From a virus (Duplodnaviria; Caudoviricetes): a stretch of DNA of 30,869 bases. The translations under genes were made by a program, and so were the position numbers. The DNA is taken from positions 1-30,869 of IMG/VR virus record IMGVR_UViG_3300025658_000009; one strand, 5' to 3'. Position 1 is the stretch's first letter. Each line of letters starts with the position of its first letter. The notes under the pieces are model-generated. The model saw nothing but the letters and a program-made list of their open reading frames with translations, did no database searches and was not told where the DNA came from. Positions 19,340-28,800 of this stretch are shown in pieces.

Positions 19340-19840
19340 TTAATCCTTGTATACTGCTTGTAAGTTCATTTTTAGATCATTCAAGCTATCTTCGTTTGCT
19401 TGATACCTAATACCAATACCGCCTTTTTCAATCCATCTGGCAATATTAGTTGGCTTATCGTCAACAAGAATATTTGGAGTTCCTGTTAAGTCGTCAACTG
19501 CATGATTCTCTTTTTGACCTGTAAAGATTAGATGTTGCACTTGCGGCATAAAGCCGTGCCTAGTCAACCATACACGTTTGTGATAAGAACTATTTTGATG
19601 ATCACCTCTCAACGGACTTGAACAAATGCCATAGTTATCACCAGCAAGATCTCTAACAAAATTTACAAGTTCTACTGATGTTGGAAATAACTCAAGTATA
19701 TCAAAAAAGTTTGAGTGTTTTAAATCAGTAATTGCTTTTTCTTTATTAGGAAGTTTCTTCCAATGATCAACTCTGTAAAAAGATTCGAGACCTCCGAAGA
19801 AGTCTGCAATTACACCGTCCATATCTAAATATAAAATCAT
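19340..19840 (-). CDS. HAD-superfamily 5'(3')-deoxyribonucleotidase (NT5C-like)
   Basis: Motif I is YLDMDGVIADF, followed by KRVWL and motif IV ILVDDKPTNI...GGIGI. A GAGG Shine-Dalgarno lies upstream. Confidence 0.85.
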   Translation of the reverse strand: MILYLDMDGVIADFFGGLESFYRVDHWKKLPNKEKAITDLKHSNFFDILELFPTSVELVNFVRDLAGDNYGICSSPLRGDHQNSSYHKRVWLTRHGFMPQVQHLIFTGQKENHAVDDLTGTPNILVDDKPTNIARWIEKGGIGIRYQANEDSLNDLKMNLQAVYKD

Positions 19841-19867
19841 GTTAGCCTCTATTATTGCCTATAGTTA

Positions 19868-19895
19868 ATACTAACATCTTTTACTGTTTTGTCAA
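19868..19895 (-). promoter_or_regulatory. Sigma70-type (early/host RNAP) promoter for the nucleotidase-DUF3310 pair
   Basis: The minus strand reads TTGACA (19895-19890), a 16-nt spacer ending in TGT (extended -10), then TAGTAT (19873-19868), in the intergenic gap. Confidence 0.7.
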
Positions 19896-19896
19896 C

Positions 19897-20235
19897 CTAA
19901 AAATCTGGAGTAAGGTCTCCTTGTCGCCATGTATAACCTTCCTTCTGGATAATGCGTTGGCAATTAGCACATACAGTTTTTAAGTTACTAGGTCGACAAT
20001 TCTGTAAGTCTCCGTCAATATGATATACATTGAATTGCTCTTCATGTGCAGATTTAAATCTACATTTTTCGCAGTATTCTTTTTTCTCATAGCCTGACAT
20101 AACCCATCGAGGAATACCGTAGCCTATTATGCCATGCTTTAAGCATGTTTCGCATTTTTTGCGATAATACGTTTTGCCTTCTTTTATATAGTTTATAGCA
20201 GCAGGTCTTTGATTGCATATACATAACGGTCTCAT
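19897..20235 (-). CDS. Zn-ribbon / degenerate HNH-like protein (112 aa)
   Basis: It carries CxC, CxxC and CxxC motifs and YHIDGDLQNCRPSNLKTVCANCQ, which is HNH-like with the terminal His replaced by Gln. The start at ATG 20235 lies 4 nt after ATAAATA. Confidence 0.7.
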   Translation of the reverse strand: MRPLCICNQRPAAINYIKEGKTYYRKKCETCLKHGIIGYGIPRWVMSGYEKKEYCEKCRFKSAHEEQFNVYHIDGDLQNCRPSNLKTVCANCQRIIQKEGYTWRQGDLTPDF

Positions 20236-20239
20236 ATTG

Positions 20240-20246
20240 TATTTAT
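20240..20246 (-). promoter_or_regulatory. Late promoter motif ATAAATA for the HNH-like gene
   Basis: The minus strand reads gATAAATAcaatATG. Confidence 0.65.
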
Positions 20247-20302
20247 CATACCTTTTCGGTCCCTTTTCCAGCAAGCTAAACTGTCTGTTTTATAAAAATA
20301 GC

Positions 20303-20309
20303 ATAAATA
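20303..20309 (+). promoter_or_regulatory. Late promoter motif ATAAATA for the tail sheath gene
   Basis: cATAAATAc is followed by the SD AGGAG (20329-20333) and ATG at 20338/20341. Confidence 0.7.
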
Positions 20310-20337
20310 CATGTGATATAACCTTATAAGGAGAAAT

Positions 20338-23300
20338 ATGATGGCATTAGTCTCACCAGGTGTAGAGGTCCAGGTAATTGATGAGAGTTTTTACACTCCA
20401 AGTGCACCGGGTACTGTACCAATGATATTTGTTGCAACTGCGGAAAATAAAACTAACTCAGCAGGAACGGGTATTGCAACAGGAACAACAAAAGCAAACG
20501 CAGGTGTTCCATTTTTACTAACAAGTCAGAAAGACTTAGGAGATCTATTTGGAGATCCAAGTTTCTATTCAGACACAAGCGGAAACATGATTCACGGTAG
20601 TGAATTAAACGAATACGGTTTGCAAACAGCATACTCGTTACTAGGCGTAACTAACCAAGTATTTGTTGTTAGAGCAGATTTTGATCTAGCTAAACTAACA
20701 CCAAGTGCAAACGCTCCAGGCGGAACACCAGTAGACGGTGCATACTGGTTAGATACACAAAACACAAGCTACGGTTTACTAGAGTGGAATGCAGCAGCAG
20801 TAACAGCAGGCGGACAAAGCTTCACAGCAATTAATCCAATTGTAGTAAACAAAGCAAGCGAACTAGACGGCACAGTGCCATCAGCAGCAATTGGTGTTAT
20901 TGGCGATTATGCAGTAGTTACAGCAAACAACATGAACAGAATGTTCTACAAGAATACATCAGGTGCATGGGTACAAGTAGGTTCAGAAGATTGGAAAGCA
21001 AGTTGGCCAACAGTTGTTTCTACAGAAGCAGGCGCTACAGTTCCAGCAAGTGATACTATTGAAATTAATGGCCAAGCAATTAGCCTTACTTCCGGACAAA
21101 GTCTTGCAGATGCAGCTACAGCTATGGCCGGGCAAGTTGCTGGAATCACAGTAAGCTATAATACTAATACACAAGTTTTAGAATTCTTTAGCACAGGTGT
21201 TGCTATTACATTAGCAGACACAAACAATACATTATTCGGCGGTTTAGGATTGACAGCAGGAACATACAATGCTCCTACAATGTCAATTGCTCCACATACT
21301 AGTGTTCCTGAATTTAAAACAGGCGAAGCAGCAGAAGCACCAACAGGTAGTATTTGGATGAAAACAACTACACCAAACGGTGGCGCTAACTGGAATATTA
21401 AATCATACAGTGCTGACACAGCATTATGGTCAACTGTTGCAGCACCAGTGTATACTTCAAATGCAGCAGCATTAAATGCACTTGATTCAACAGGCAATGG
21501 TAGTAACTTAGCAGTAGGCGCTACATTTGTAAAAGCAAATGTAAACGATGCGTCACCAGTAGAAGCAGATGCTAAAATTTATAGAAGAGTAGCAGCAGGC
21601 GCAACTACAATTACTAGTGCAAAAGTTGCAACAATCGCAGCTTTTTCCGGCGGTACACCAGTTAATGTAAATATTGCAGAAACTAAAGTAGGTTCAGCAG
21701 TATTAGATACACCTAAAACAGTAACTTGGACGCCAACAGGCGGAACAGGCGATGCAGCACTTCTAGTAGCAGCAATTAATAATGCAGGCTTTGCAAATGT
21801 TTCAGCATCAGTTACTGATCAAAATAGAGTTGTAATTAGCCACAAACTAGGCGGCGACTTTACTTTAGTTGATACAGATGACGCACTAGCAGAGTATGGA
21901 TTTGCTCCTTATGATGTAAACAACAGTGCTTCAACAGTAAACATGTATGATCCAAACGCAACAGGCACATGGACTGCAACACTTTGGAAAACACTAGCAT
22001 ATGATGCATCAGCAACTGAACCAACAACGCTAACAGCAGATGGCGAAGTATGGTACAACTCAGTGATTGACGAAGTTGACATTATGTATCATAATGGCGC
22101 AACATGGCAAGGTTACAAAAACGCATTTGGAACTACAATGGGTCCTATCGTTGCAGCAAGTGAACCAACAGCACAAGCAGACGGTTCAGCTATTGAAGAT
22201 AATGATCTTTGGATTGACACAAGCGACTTAGAAAACTTCCCAACTATCTATCGTTGGAATGCAGGACTAAGTGCATGGAACTTAATTGACAAAGGTGACC
22301 AAACAAGTGAAAACGGAATTCTATTTGCAGATGCACGTTGGAGCACAGCAGGCGCAGATGTTGTTGCAGCTGATATCGAAGACTTACTAGAAAGTGATTA
22401 CTTAGATCCAGATGCACCAGATCCAGCACTATATCCAAAAGGTATGCTACTATGGAACCTAAGACGTTCTGGCTTTAATGTTAAGCGTTTTGTTCGTAAT
22501 CACATTGCAGTTGGCCAAAACAATGGTCGCAATGGTGACGAATCAATGGCAGCATATAACCCAAATCGTTGGGTTACTGAATCAGCAAATAACGTTGACG
22601 GTTCAGGCAGCTTTGGACGTAACGCACAGCGTAAGTCAGTAGTACAAGCACTACAAGCAATGGTAAACAGTAACCAAGAAATTAGAGATGACGAGCGTAG
22701 ATTCTTTAACTTAATGGCAACACCTGGTTATCCAGAGCTAATTGGTGAGATGATTAGTCTTAACTATGATAGAAAACTAACATCGTTTATTGTTGGTGAT
22801 TCACCGATGAGACTTGCACCAGACGCAACAGGACTTAACAACTGGGCAACTAACGTTGAACTAGCTGTTGAAGATAATGATAGAGGCTTAGTAAGCAGAG
22901 ATGAGTACTTGGGCGTTTATTACCCAGCAGGCTTTACAAGTGATAACGCAGGAAACAACATTGTTGTTCCGGCATCACACATGGCACTAAGAACAATGAT
23001 CCTAAGTGATCAAGTTTCGTATCCATGGATGGCTCCAGCAGGCACAAGACGTGGTGCAGTTAGCAATGCTACAGCAACAGGTTACCTAAGTGCTGAAGGC
23101 GAATTTGTAAGTATTTCACTAAACAATGGTCAGCGTAACGTACTATATTCAAACAACATTAACCCAATTACTCCTATTACAGGAAGTGGATTAGTTGTGT
23201 TTGGACAGAAAACTCGTGCTAAAAATGCAAGTGCATTAGACAGAGTTAACGTTGCAAGACTAACAGTTTACTTACGTAGACAGTTAGAAATTCTTGCAAG

Positions 23301-23559
23301 ACCATATCTATTTGAACCAAATGATGCTGGTACAAGAGATCAAGTAAAAGCAGCAGCAGATGCGCTATTACTAGAACTAGTAGGATTAAGAGGCATTTAC
23401 GATTTCGTAACTGTTTGTGACACTACAAACAATACACCTGCAAGAGTTGATAAGAACGAATTGTATCTAGATGTAGCTATTGAACCAGTCAAAGCTATCG
23501 AGTTTATTTACATTCCGTTACGTATTAAAAACACAGGCGAAATAGCGTCTTTAGGCTAA
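20338..23559 (+). CDS. gp18: Contractile tail sheath protein, T4 gp18-like, enlarged (1073 aa)
   Basis: The N-terminus is ALVSPGVEVQVIDES. The C-terminus contains WMAPAGTRRG, NNINPI, FGQKT, LDRVNVARL, LFEPND and IEPVKAIEFIYI. Confidence 0.95.
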   Translation: MMALVSPGVEVQVIDESFYTPSAPGTVPMIFVATAENKTNSAGTGIATGTTKANAGVPFLLTSQKDLGDLFGDPSFYSDTSGNMIHGSELNEYGLQTAYSLLGVTNQVFVVRADFDLAKLTPSANAPGGTPVDGAYWLDTQNTSYGLLEWNAAAVTAGGQSFTAINPIVVNKASELDGTVPSAAIGVIGDYAVVTANNMNRMFYKNTSGAWVQVGSEDWKASWPTVVSTEAGATVPASDTIEINGQAISLTSGQSLADAATAMAGQVAGITVSYNTNTQVLEFFSTGVAITLADTNNTLFGGLGLTAGTYNAPTMSIAPHTSVPEFKTGEAAEAPTGSIWMKTTTPNGGANWNIKSYSADTALWSTVAAPVYTSNAAALNALDSTGNGSNLAVGATFVKANVNDASPVEADAKIYRRVAAGATTITSAKVATIAAFSGGTPVNVNIAETKVGSAVLDTPKTVTWTPTGGTGDAALLVAAINNAGFANVSASVTDQNRVVISHKLGGDFTLVDTDDALAEYGFAPYDVNNSASTVNMYDPNATGTWTATLWKTLAYDASATEPTTLTADGEVWYNSVIDEVDIMYHNGATWQGYKNAFGTTMGPIVAASEPTAQADGSAIEDNDLWIDTSDLENFPTIYRWNAGLSAWNLIDKGDQTSENGILFADARWSTAGADVVAADIEDLLESDYLDPDAPDPALYPKGMLLWNLRRSGFNVKRFVRNHIAVGQNNGRNGDESMAAYNPNRWVTESANNVDGSGSFGRNAQRKSVVQALQAMVNSNQEIRDDERRFFNLMATPGYPELIGEMISLNYDRKLTSFIVGDSPMRLAPDATGLNNWATNVELAVEDNDRGLVSRDEYLGVYYPAGFTSDNAGNNIVVPASHMALRTMILSDQVSYPWMAPAGTRRGAVSNATATGYLSAEGEFVSISLNNGQRNVLYSNNINPITPITGSGLVVFGQKTRAKNASALDRVNVARLTVYLRRQLEILARPYLFEPNDAGTRDQVKAAADALLLELVGLRGIYDFVTVCDTTNNTPARVDKNELYLDVAIEPVKAIEFIYIPLRIKNTGEIASLG

Positions 23560-23562
23560 GAC

Positions 23563-23569
23563 ATAAATA
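23563..23569 (+). promoter_or_regulatory. Late promoter motif ATAAATA for the tail tube gene
   Basis: The sequence reads cATAAATActattAGGAGaatagaATG. Confidence 0.7.
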
Positions 23570-23585
23570 CTATTAGGAGAATAGA

Positions 23586-24188
23586 ATGCCAGTAACAACA
23601 TTACAAAACTTATCAGTACCTTTCGAGGGCGAGGCTAATTCATCACTGTTAATGCCTAAATTACAGTATCGTTTTAGAGTAGCTTTTGATTTATTTGGCG
23701 CTGATGTAGATGATAGTCTACGTGTTCTACAAAGACAAGTTGTGGACGTAACCCGTCCTAACTTATCATTTGAACAAATCACACTTGATGCATACAACTC
23801 AAGAACTTACTTAGCAGGTAAACATACGTGGGAGCCAATTACGCTTACACTACGTGAAGATGCAAGTAATAATATTCAAAGAGCAGTAGGCAGTCAGTTG
23901 CAGAAACAGTTTGACTTCTTTGAGCAAGCAAGTGCAACAGCAGCAAGTGATTATAAATTTCACACTAAGATTGAAATCCTAGATGGCGGCAATGGCGATA
24001 AAGATCCTATTGTGCTTGATAGATTTGAACTTAAAGGATGCTATATTGAATCAGCAAACTATAACACATTAGCATATGCAACAAGTGACGCAGTTACAGT
24101 TTCATTAACTATTCGTTATGATAATGCAATTCAAAAAGGCGTAAACGGCGGCGCAATTAGCGGCATCGGGCAACCAACAGCTAGATAA
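23586..24188 (+). CDS. gp19: Tail tube protein, T4 gp19-like (200 aa)
   Basis: It lies directly after the sheath gene. YRFRVAF...VTRPNLSFE...AGKHTWEPITLT...LKGCY...VSLTIRYD fits the tube fold. Confidence 0.9.
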   Translation: MPVTTLQNLSVPFEGEANSSLLMPKLQYRFRVAFDLFGADVDDSLRVLQRQVVDVTRPNLSFEQITLDAYNSRTYLAGKHTWEPITLTLREDASNNIQRAVGSQLQKQFDFFEQASATAASDYKFHTKIEILDGGNGDKDPIVLDRFELKGCYIESANYNTLAYATSDAVTVSLTIRYDNAIQKGVNGGAISGIGQPTAR

Positions 24189-24207
24189 GTTGAATAAAAT
24201 TAACAAT

Positions 24208-24239
24208 AAAGACAGGGACTTTTTGGTTCCTGTTTTTTT
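24208..24239 (+). terminator. Rho-independent terminator after the tail tube gene
   Basis: The stem is ACAGGGAC / GTTCCTGT (one G-U pair) with a 6-nt loop, followed by a T tract. Confidence 0.7.
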
Positions 24240-24243
24240 ATGG

Positions 24244-24250
24244 ATAAATA
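24244..24250 (+). promoter_or_regulatory. Late promoter motif ATAAATA for the tube-paralog operon
   Basis: ggATAAATActatATG lies immediately after the terminator. Confidence 0.7.
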
Positions 24251-24254
24251 CTAT

Positions 24255-25379
24255 ATGACACTACAATATGATCCAGAGAATAATGTACACCTAAGAGATG
24301 CAGAACATGCACGTAAATTGTATACACAATACAATCTTTCGTATGCACCTAAAACTAAATTTCTTTACCATGTGGTGTTTATGTTAAAAGATGAGGCAGC
24401 TAGAAATGCTGCGCCTAATACGCAGAATAGTATTAAGGAGCTAGGTGTTTTAGCAAAGTCAGTAGACTTGCCTAATTATAGAGTAAGCACAGAAACACGC
24501 CAGCAGTATAATAGAAAAAAGAATGTTCAAACTAGAATCGATTATGACGAATGTAGATTTGTTTTCCATGATGATAATTCTAGTACAACAAGTTCGCTTA
24601 TGAAAGAGTATTATAATTTTTACTACAGGGATGGTAAGAATGATGTACTTGATTTTGGAACACGAAATAAATTTGCATTACCAAATAAAAAGTTTGGGTT
24701 AGACAACGGAATGAAGGATACATTTTTTAGTCATATAAAAATTTATCAATTAACGCAACGTAGATGGTGGTCTTATACATTAGTAAACCCACTAGTCACA
24801 TCATTTGGACATGACTCACTAGATAATGCCGACGGCAGCGGCATGATGGAAAATAACATGTCGATTGCATATGAAGGTGTAATTTATAACCAAGGTAATA
24901 TTGCTGAGACATTACCTACCAACTTTACTGATAATGAAACAGGATACGACAATACACCGAGTCCATTAATAAATGGAACGCAAGGATATATACCTAAAAA
25001 TGATGCACAGGCAAATTACGGAGCAACTACTACAACGTTTGTTAGCAATCCAACATCAGGTAATTTTTTCGATAACCTGTTTGGTGATTTACTACGTGGT
25101 AACAGTTTGTTTAGTCCTACACAGGCAGTAGGACGCTATGCAACTACTACACCTACTAGTATATTACCGTCTACTAGAATATTAAGTGAACTAACAAATA
25201 ATCCGTCATACGTGGCATCATTGGCTAGTACATCAGTGTTGCTAGGTATTGTATCAGGTGATTCGCCACAACAAGCAATCCAAGACACGGTAGTTGATCT
25301 TGCAACAAGAGATCCTAACAGTAGTTCCGATACATTTAAATTAGCACAACTAGCAACAAAGATTATAGCAGGAAAGTAA
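24255..25379 (+). CDS. Tail-tube-fold paralog (gp48/gp54-like baseplate-tube junction protein), 374 aa
   Basis: AKSVDLPNYRV...YNRKKNVQTRIDYD...FHDD...LVNPLVTSFGHDSLD...MSIAYE parallels the tube protein. The start is moved to ATG 24255 because the track's MDKYY extension is the promoter itself. Confidence 0.65.
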   Translation: MTLQYDPENNVHLRDAEHARKLYTQYNLSYAPKTKFLYHVVFMLKDEAARNAAPNTQNSIKELGVLAKSVDLPNYRVSTETRQQYNRKKNVQTRIDYDECRFVFHDDNSSTTSSLMKEYYNFYYRDGKNDVLDFGTRNKFALPNKKFGLDNGMKDTFFSHIKIYQLTQRRWWSYTLVNPLVTSFGHDSLDNADGSGMMENNMSIAYEGVIYNQGNIAETLPTNFTDNETGYDNTPSPLINGTQGYIPKNDAQANYGATTTTFVSNPTSGNFFDNLFGDLLRGNSLFSPTQAVGRYATTTPTSILPSTRILSELTNNPSYVASLASTSVLLGIVSGDSPQQAIQDTVVDLATRDPNSSSDTFKLAQLATKIIAGK

Positions 25380-25380
25380 G

Positions 25381-25803
25381 ATGACCGAAATTATTTCACC
25401 CACTACTAGTACACCGATTAATTCAAATGAATTTGATGCACTAGTTGGATATTTTAAAAAAAGAGGATTTGAAGATATTCCTTCTAGAGAAATTAGTGGA
25501 ATTTTTATACAAAAAGCATCTAGCGATAATATACCAGTGTTTAGATTAGTAGATACGCTAAAGGGGTTGAATCCAATAGAACTTAATACAATTATTACAC
25601 AAGTGATTAATTCTGATAGATTAAGATCAAGCACAGTTGGATTTAAAAAAGAAATTAAAACTGACACGTATGATTTAAGAAATATAGAATCACTTACAAA
25701 AGATTTTGCAGAAATAGAGGGTGCAAAAGAAGAAACAATTATTAGGATAGTAAACGGAAGCTATGTACAAGAAGGATACGTAGATCCAAATTATGTTGAT
25801 TAG
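25381..25803 (+). CDS. Hypothetical protein, probably virion-associated (140 aa)
   Basis: The ORF is tightly packed in the late operon, 1 nt after the upstream stop. No function was recognised. Confidence 0.75.
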   Translation: MTEIISPTTSTPINSNEFDALVGYFKKRGFEDIPSREISGIFIQKASSDNIPVFRLVDTLKGLNPIELNTIITQVINSDRLRSSTVGFKKEIKTDTYDLRNIESLTKDFAEIEGAKEETIIRIVNGSYVQEGYVDPNYVD

Positions 25804-25814
25804 GGGGAATATCA

Positions 25815-28800
25815 ATGCCATTAATTTTAAGAACAAATAAAACAGAACCTCTAACTCATACAGAGTTAGACGGCAATCTAAGTCACTTAGACCAAAGAAT
25901 TACAGCACTTACAAATGCTGAAGCAAATAAAATTATTACTTGGACAGAGATACAGTCTAAGCCAGTATTGTTTGACGGCGACTACAATAGTTTAAGTAAT
26001 CTACCTTTGTTATTTAACGGAGACTATAATAGTCTTACAAACACTCCTGTTACATTTGATGGAAATTATCAGAGCTTAACAAATAAGCCCGGTATTCCAT
26101 CTAATTTAGCAGACTTGACAAATGTACAAAATACTGTTCCTGGTGTTGATCAAGTATTAACATGGACTGGATCATCTTGGTCCCCCCAAGACAAATTTAG
26201 TGCAGACTATAATGATCTTACTAACAAACCAGTAGTACCAACACTGTTAAGCGATTTAGGTAATGTATCCCCTACTGCACCGGCACCTGACGAAGTTCTT
26301 AAATGGGATGGCTCACAGTGGGCACCTGGATCTGATGTTGGTAACATTCCAACATATGCTCAAGTAACTGACAAGGCTGGTGTCAACGGGCCTCAAAGTA
26401 TAGCATTAGGCAATGGCGCAGGCGGAACACTTGACGGAACTGTTGCACAAGAAGCTGCAGGCGTAGCAATTGGATTAATGGCAGGTCGAACAGATCAGAA
26501 AAATAACAGTGTTGCTATTGGTACAAGCGCAGGTAATAACACACAAGGACAAGACTCAGTTGCAATTGGTGAAGTTGCAGGCATGATGACGCAAGGTGAA
26601 TCATCAGTAGCAATTGGCTCAGGTGCAGGTACAACTACACAGGGTTCTGAAGCAGTTGCAATAGGTGACTTAGCAGGTGCATCAACCCAGGGTGCTAATG
26701 CTACCGCAGTTGGTAATGGCGCTGGCGAAGATACACAGGGCGTAAGCGCAGTTGCCGTAGGTGATATTGCAGGTGCACTTAATCAAAATACCTTTGCTGT
26801 AGCAGTTGGTGCAAGTGCTGGTATGACAAACCAAGGACAGGCAGCTGTAGCAATTGGTAAGAATTCAGGTGAAACGCTTCAAGGTTCAGATACAGTAGCA
26901 ATAGGTAATAGTGCCGGCAATACAAATCAAACAGCAAAGGCAGTGGCAGTTGGTGATTGGGCAGGTAAAACAGATCAAGGTGCAAGTGCAGTAGCACTAG
27001 GTCACTTAGCTGGAACAACAAATCAAGGTCAATATGCAACAGCACTTGGTCATTATGCTGGCGCAAATGATCAAAGTTCAAATGCAATTGCAGTCGGTTA
27101 TAATGCTGCTTACGAGAATCAAGGCACGCAGGCTATTGCAATCGGTGCCTCATCAGCTAACAATCAAAGCGCAAACGCAATTGCAATTGGTAGTAGCGCA
27201 GCAAATAATACACAAGGTGAAGAAGCAATAGCAATTGGTAAACAAGCAGGTAATGGCACCCAAGGCACACAGGCTATTGCAATTGGTACAGATGCAGGGC
27301 TAACGACTCAAAGTGATTACGCAATAGCAATCGGCCAAGAAGCAGGTAAAACTACACAAGGTACTCTTGCATTAGCAGTTGGAAATAGAGCCGGTGTAAC
27401 TTCACAAGGCGATGGTGCAGTAGCGTTAGGATACACTGCCGGTAACGCAAATCAAGGTAATTTAGCAATAGCAATTGGTAATGCCGCTGGTACAACAACT
27501 CAAGGCACAAAGGCAATAGCTATAGGCGAAGAAGCTGGTAACACAACTCAAGGAGCAACTGCGATTGCTTTAGGTAGCGATGCTGGTAAAACGTCACAAG
27601 GTAACGACGGCATCGCAATTGGTACAAGTGCTGCATTAGTTACACAAGGCGCAAATTCAGTAGCAATTGGACGCCTAGCAGCTAACAATGATCAAGGTGT
27701 AAATGCTATAGCAATTGGTGATAGTGCTGGTAAAACTACGCAAGGTGATTACGCAATAGCAATCGGTAACGCAGCAGGTGAGACAAATCAAGCAGCGAAT
27801 AGTATTGTTATGAATGCAACTTCAACCGCAGTAGAAAATACAACAGCAGATTCATTTGTTGTGAAACCTATTAGAAATGGTAACGGAACTCACCAGTTAG
27901 AATATAATCCAACTACAGGTGAAATTACATACGATGCGCTAGGTGCAGGCGGATATGGCGATGCTGATGTGTTTACATATTTGAATGTAACATTCGCCAA
28001 TGACGGAGATGTTTTAAGCTGGGATACGACTGCTGGAGATTATGCATGGGTAGCACAGTCAAGTGGAGGTGCAGGTATTGCACTAACAGATTTAAGTGTT
28101 ACCACAGCAAGTGCTGGAACAGCAGCTCTTACTTATAATAATACAACAGGCGTGTTTACATATACTCCACCAGATTTAAGTTCATTTAGTACATTTGACG
28201 GAGACTATAATAGTTTAACTAATAAGCCAACTATCCCAACAGCCTATACTGATTCAGACGTTGACACACATTTAAATCAAAGTAATCCAACAAGTGGATA
28301 TGTTCTTAGCTGGACAGGCACAGATTATGATTGGGTAGCACAAAGCGGTGGCGGCGGTGCAACAAGTATTAATACTGCTGGTAACACAGGAACAGGTAGT
28401 GTTACTTTTGCGAGTGAAACATTAACTGCAACAGGAGCAACAGGACAAATTATTGTAGATGCCGCAGGGTTTTCTTTGAGTTTTAGTTTAGATGCAGACT
28501 TAACTGGTTTAACAACTATTAACAGTCACACTATACCAAGTGGAACCGGAACACTGGCACTAACTAGTGATATACCAACAATTACTGGTCATTCAAATCT
28601 TGTTGCATGGGACTTAGCAGACACTGCAAATTCAAAAGTATTAGATGCAGGTACGGCAGCAGACTCAGCGTGGTATTACGGTGATGTAGTAAGTGATCCG
28701 GCAAATCCAGCAACAAGTGTAGTGTTAGACATTTCGGCGGCTACATTTGCTGGTAACGTAATGGGCGAGGTACACGGTGATGTTAAACAGGCAGACGGTC

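Noticed and set aside
19897-20274. Mobile HNH homing endonuclease or intron; longer 125-aa start
   Set aside because: No interrupted gene or intron structure is seen, and the terminal His is missing. The extension merely translates the promoter region (YDKYN).
20338-25379. Bacterial contractile injection system (eCIS/T6SS/tailocin)
   Set aside because: Head-tail neck genes gp13/gp14, T4-type late promoters and phage nucleotide-metabolism genes indicate a true phage.
26448-27788. 48-bp periodicity as a CRISPR array
   Set aside because: The units are degenerate at synonymous positions, in-frame coding, and lack a repeat-spacer structure. No cas genes are present.
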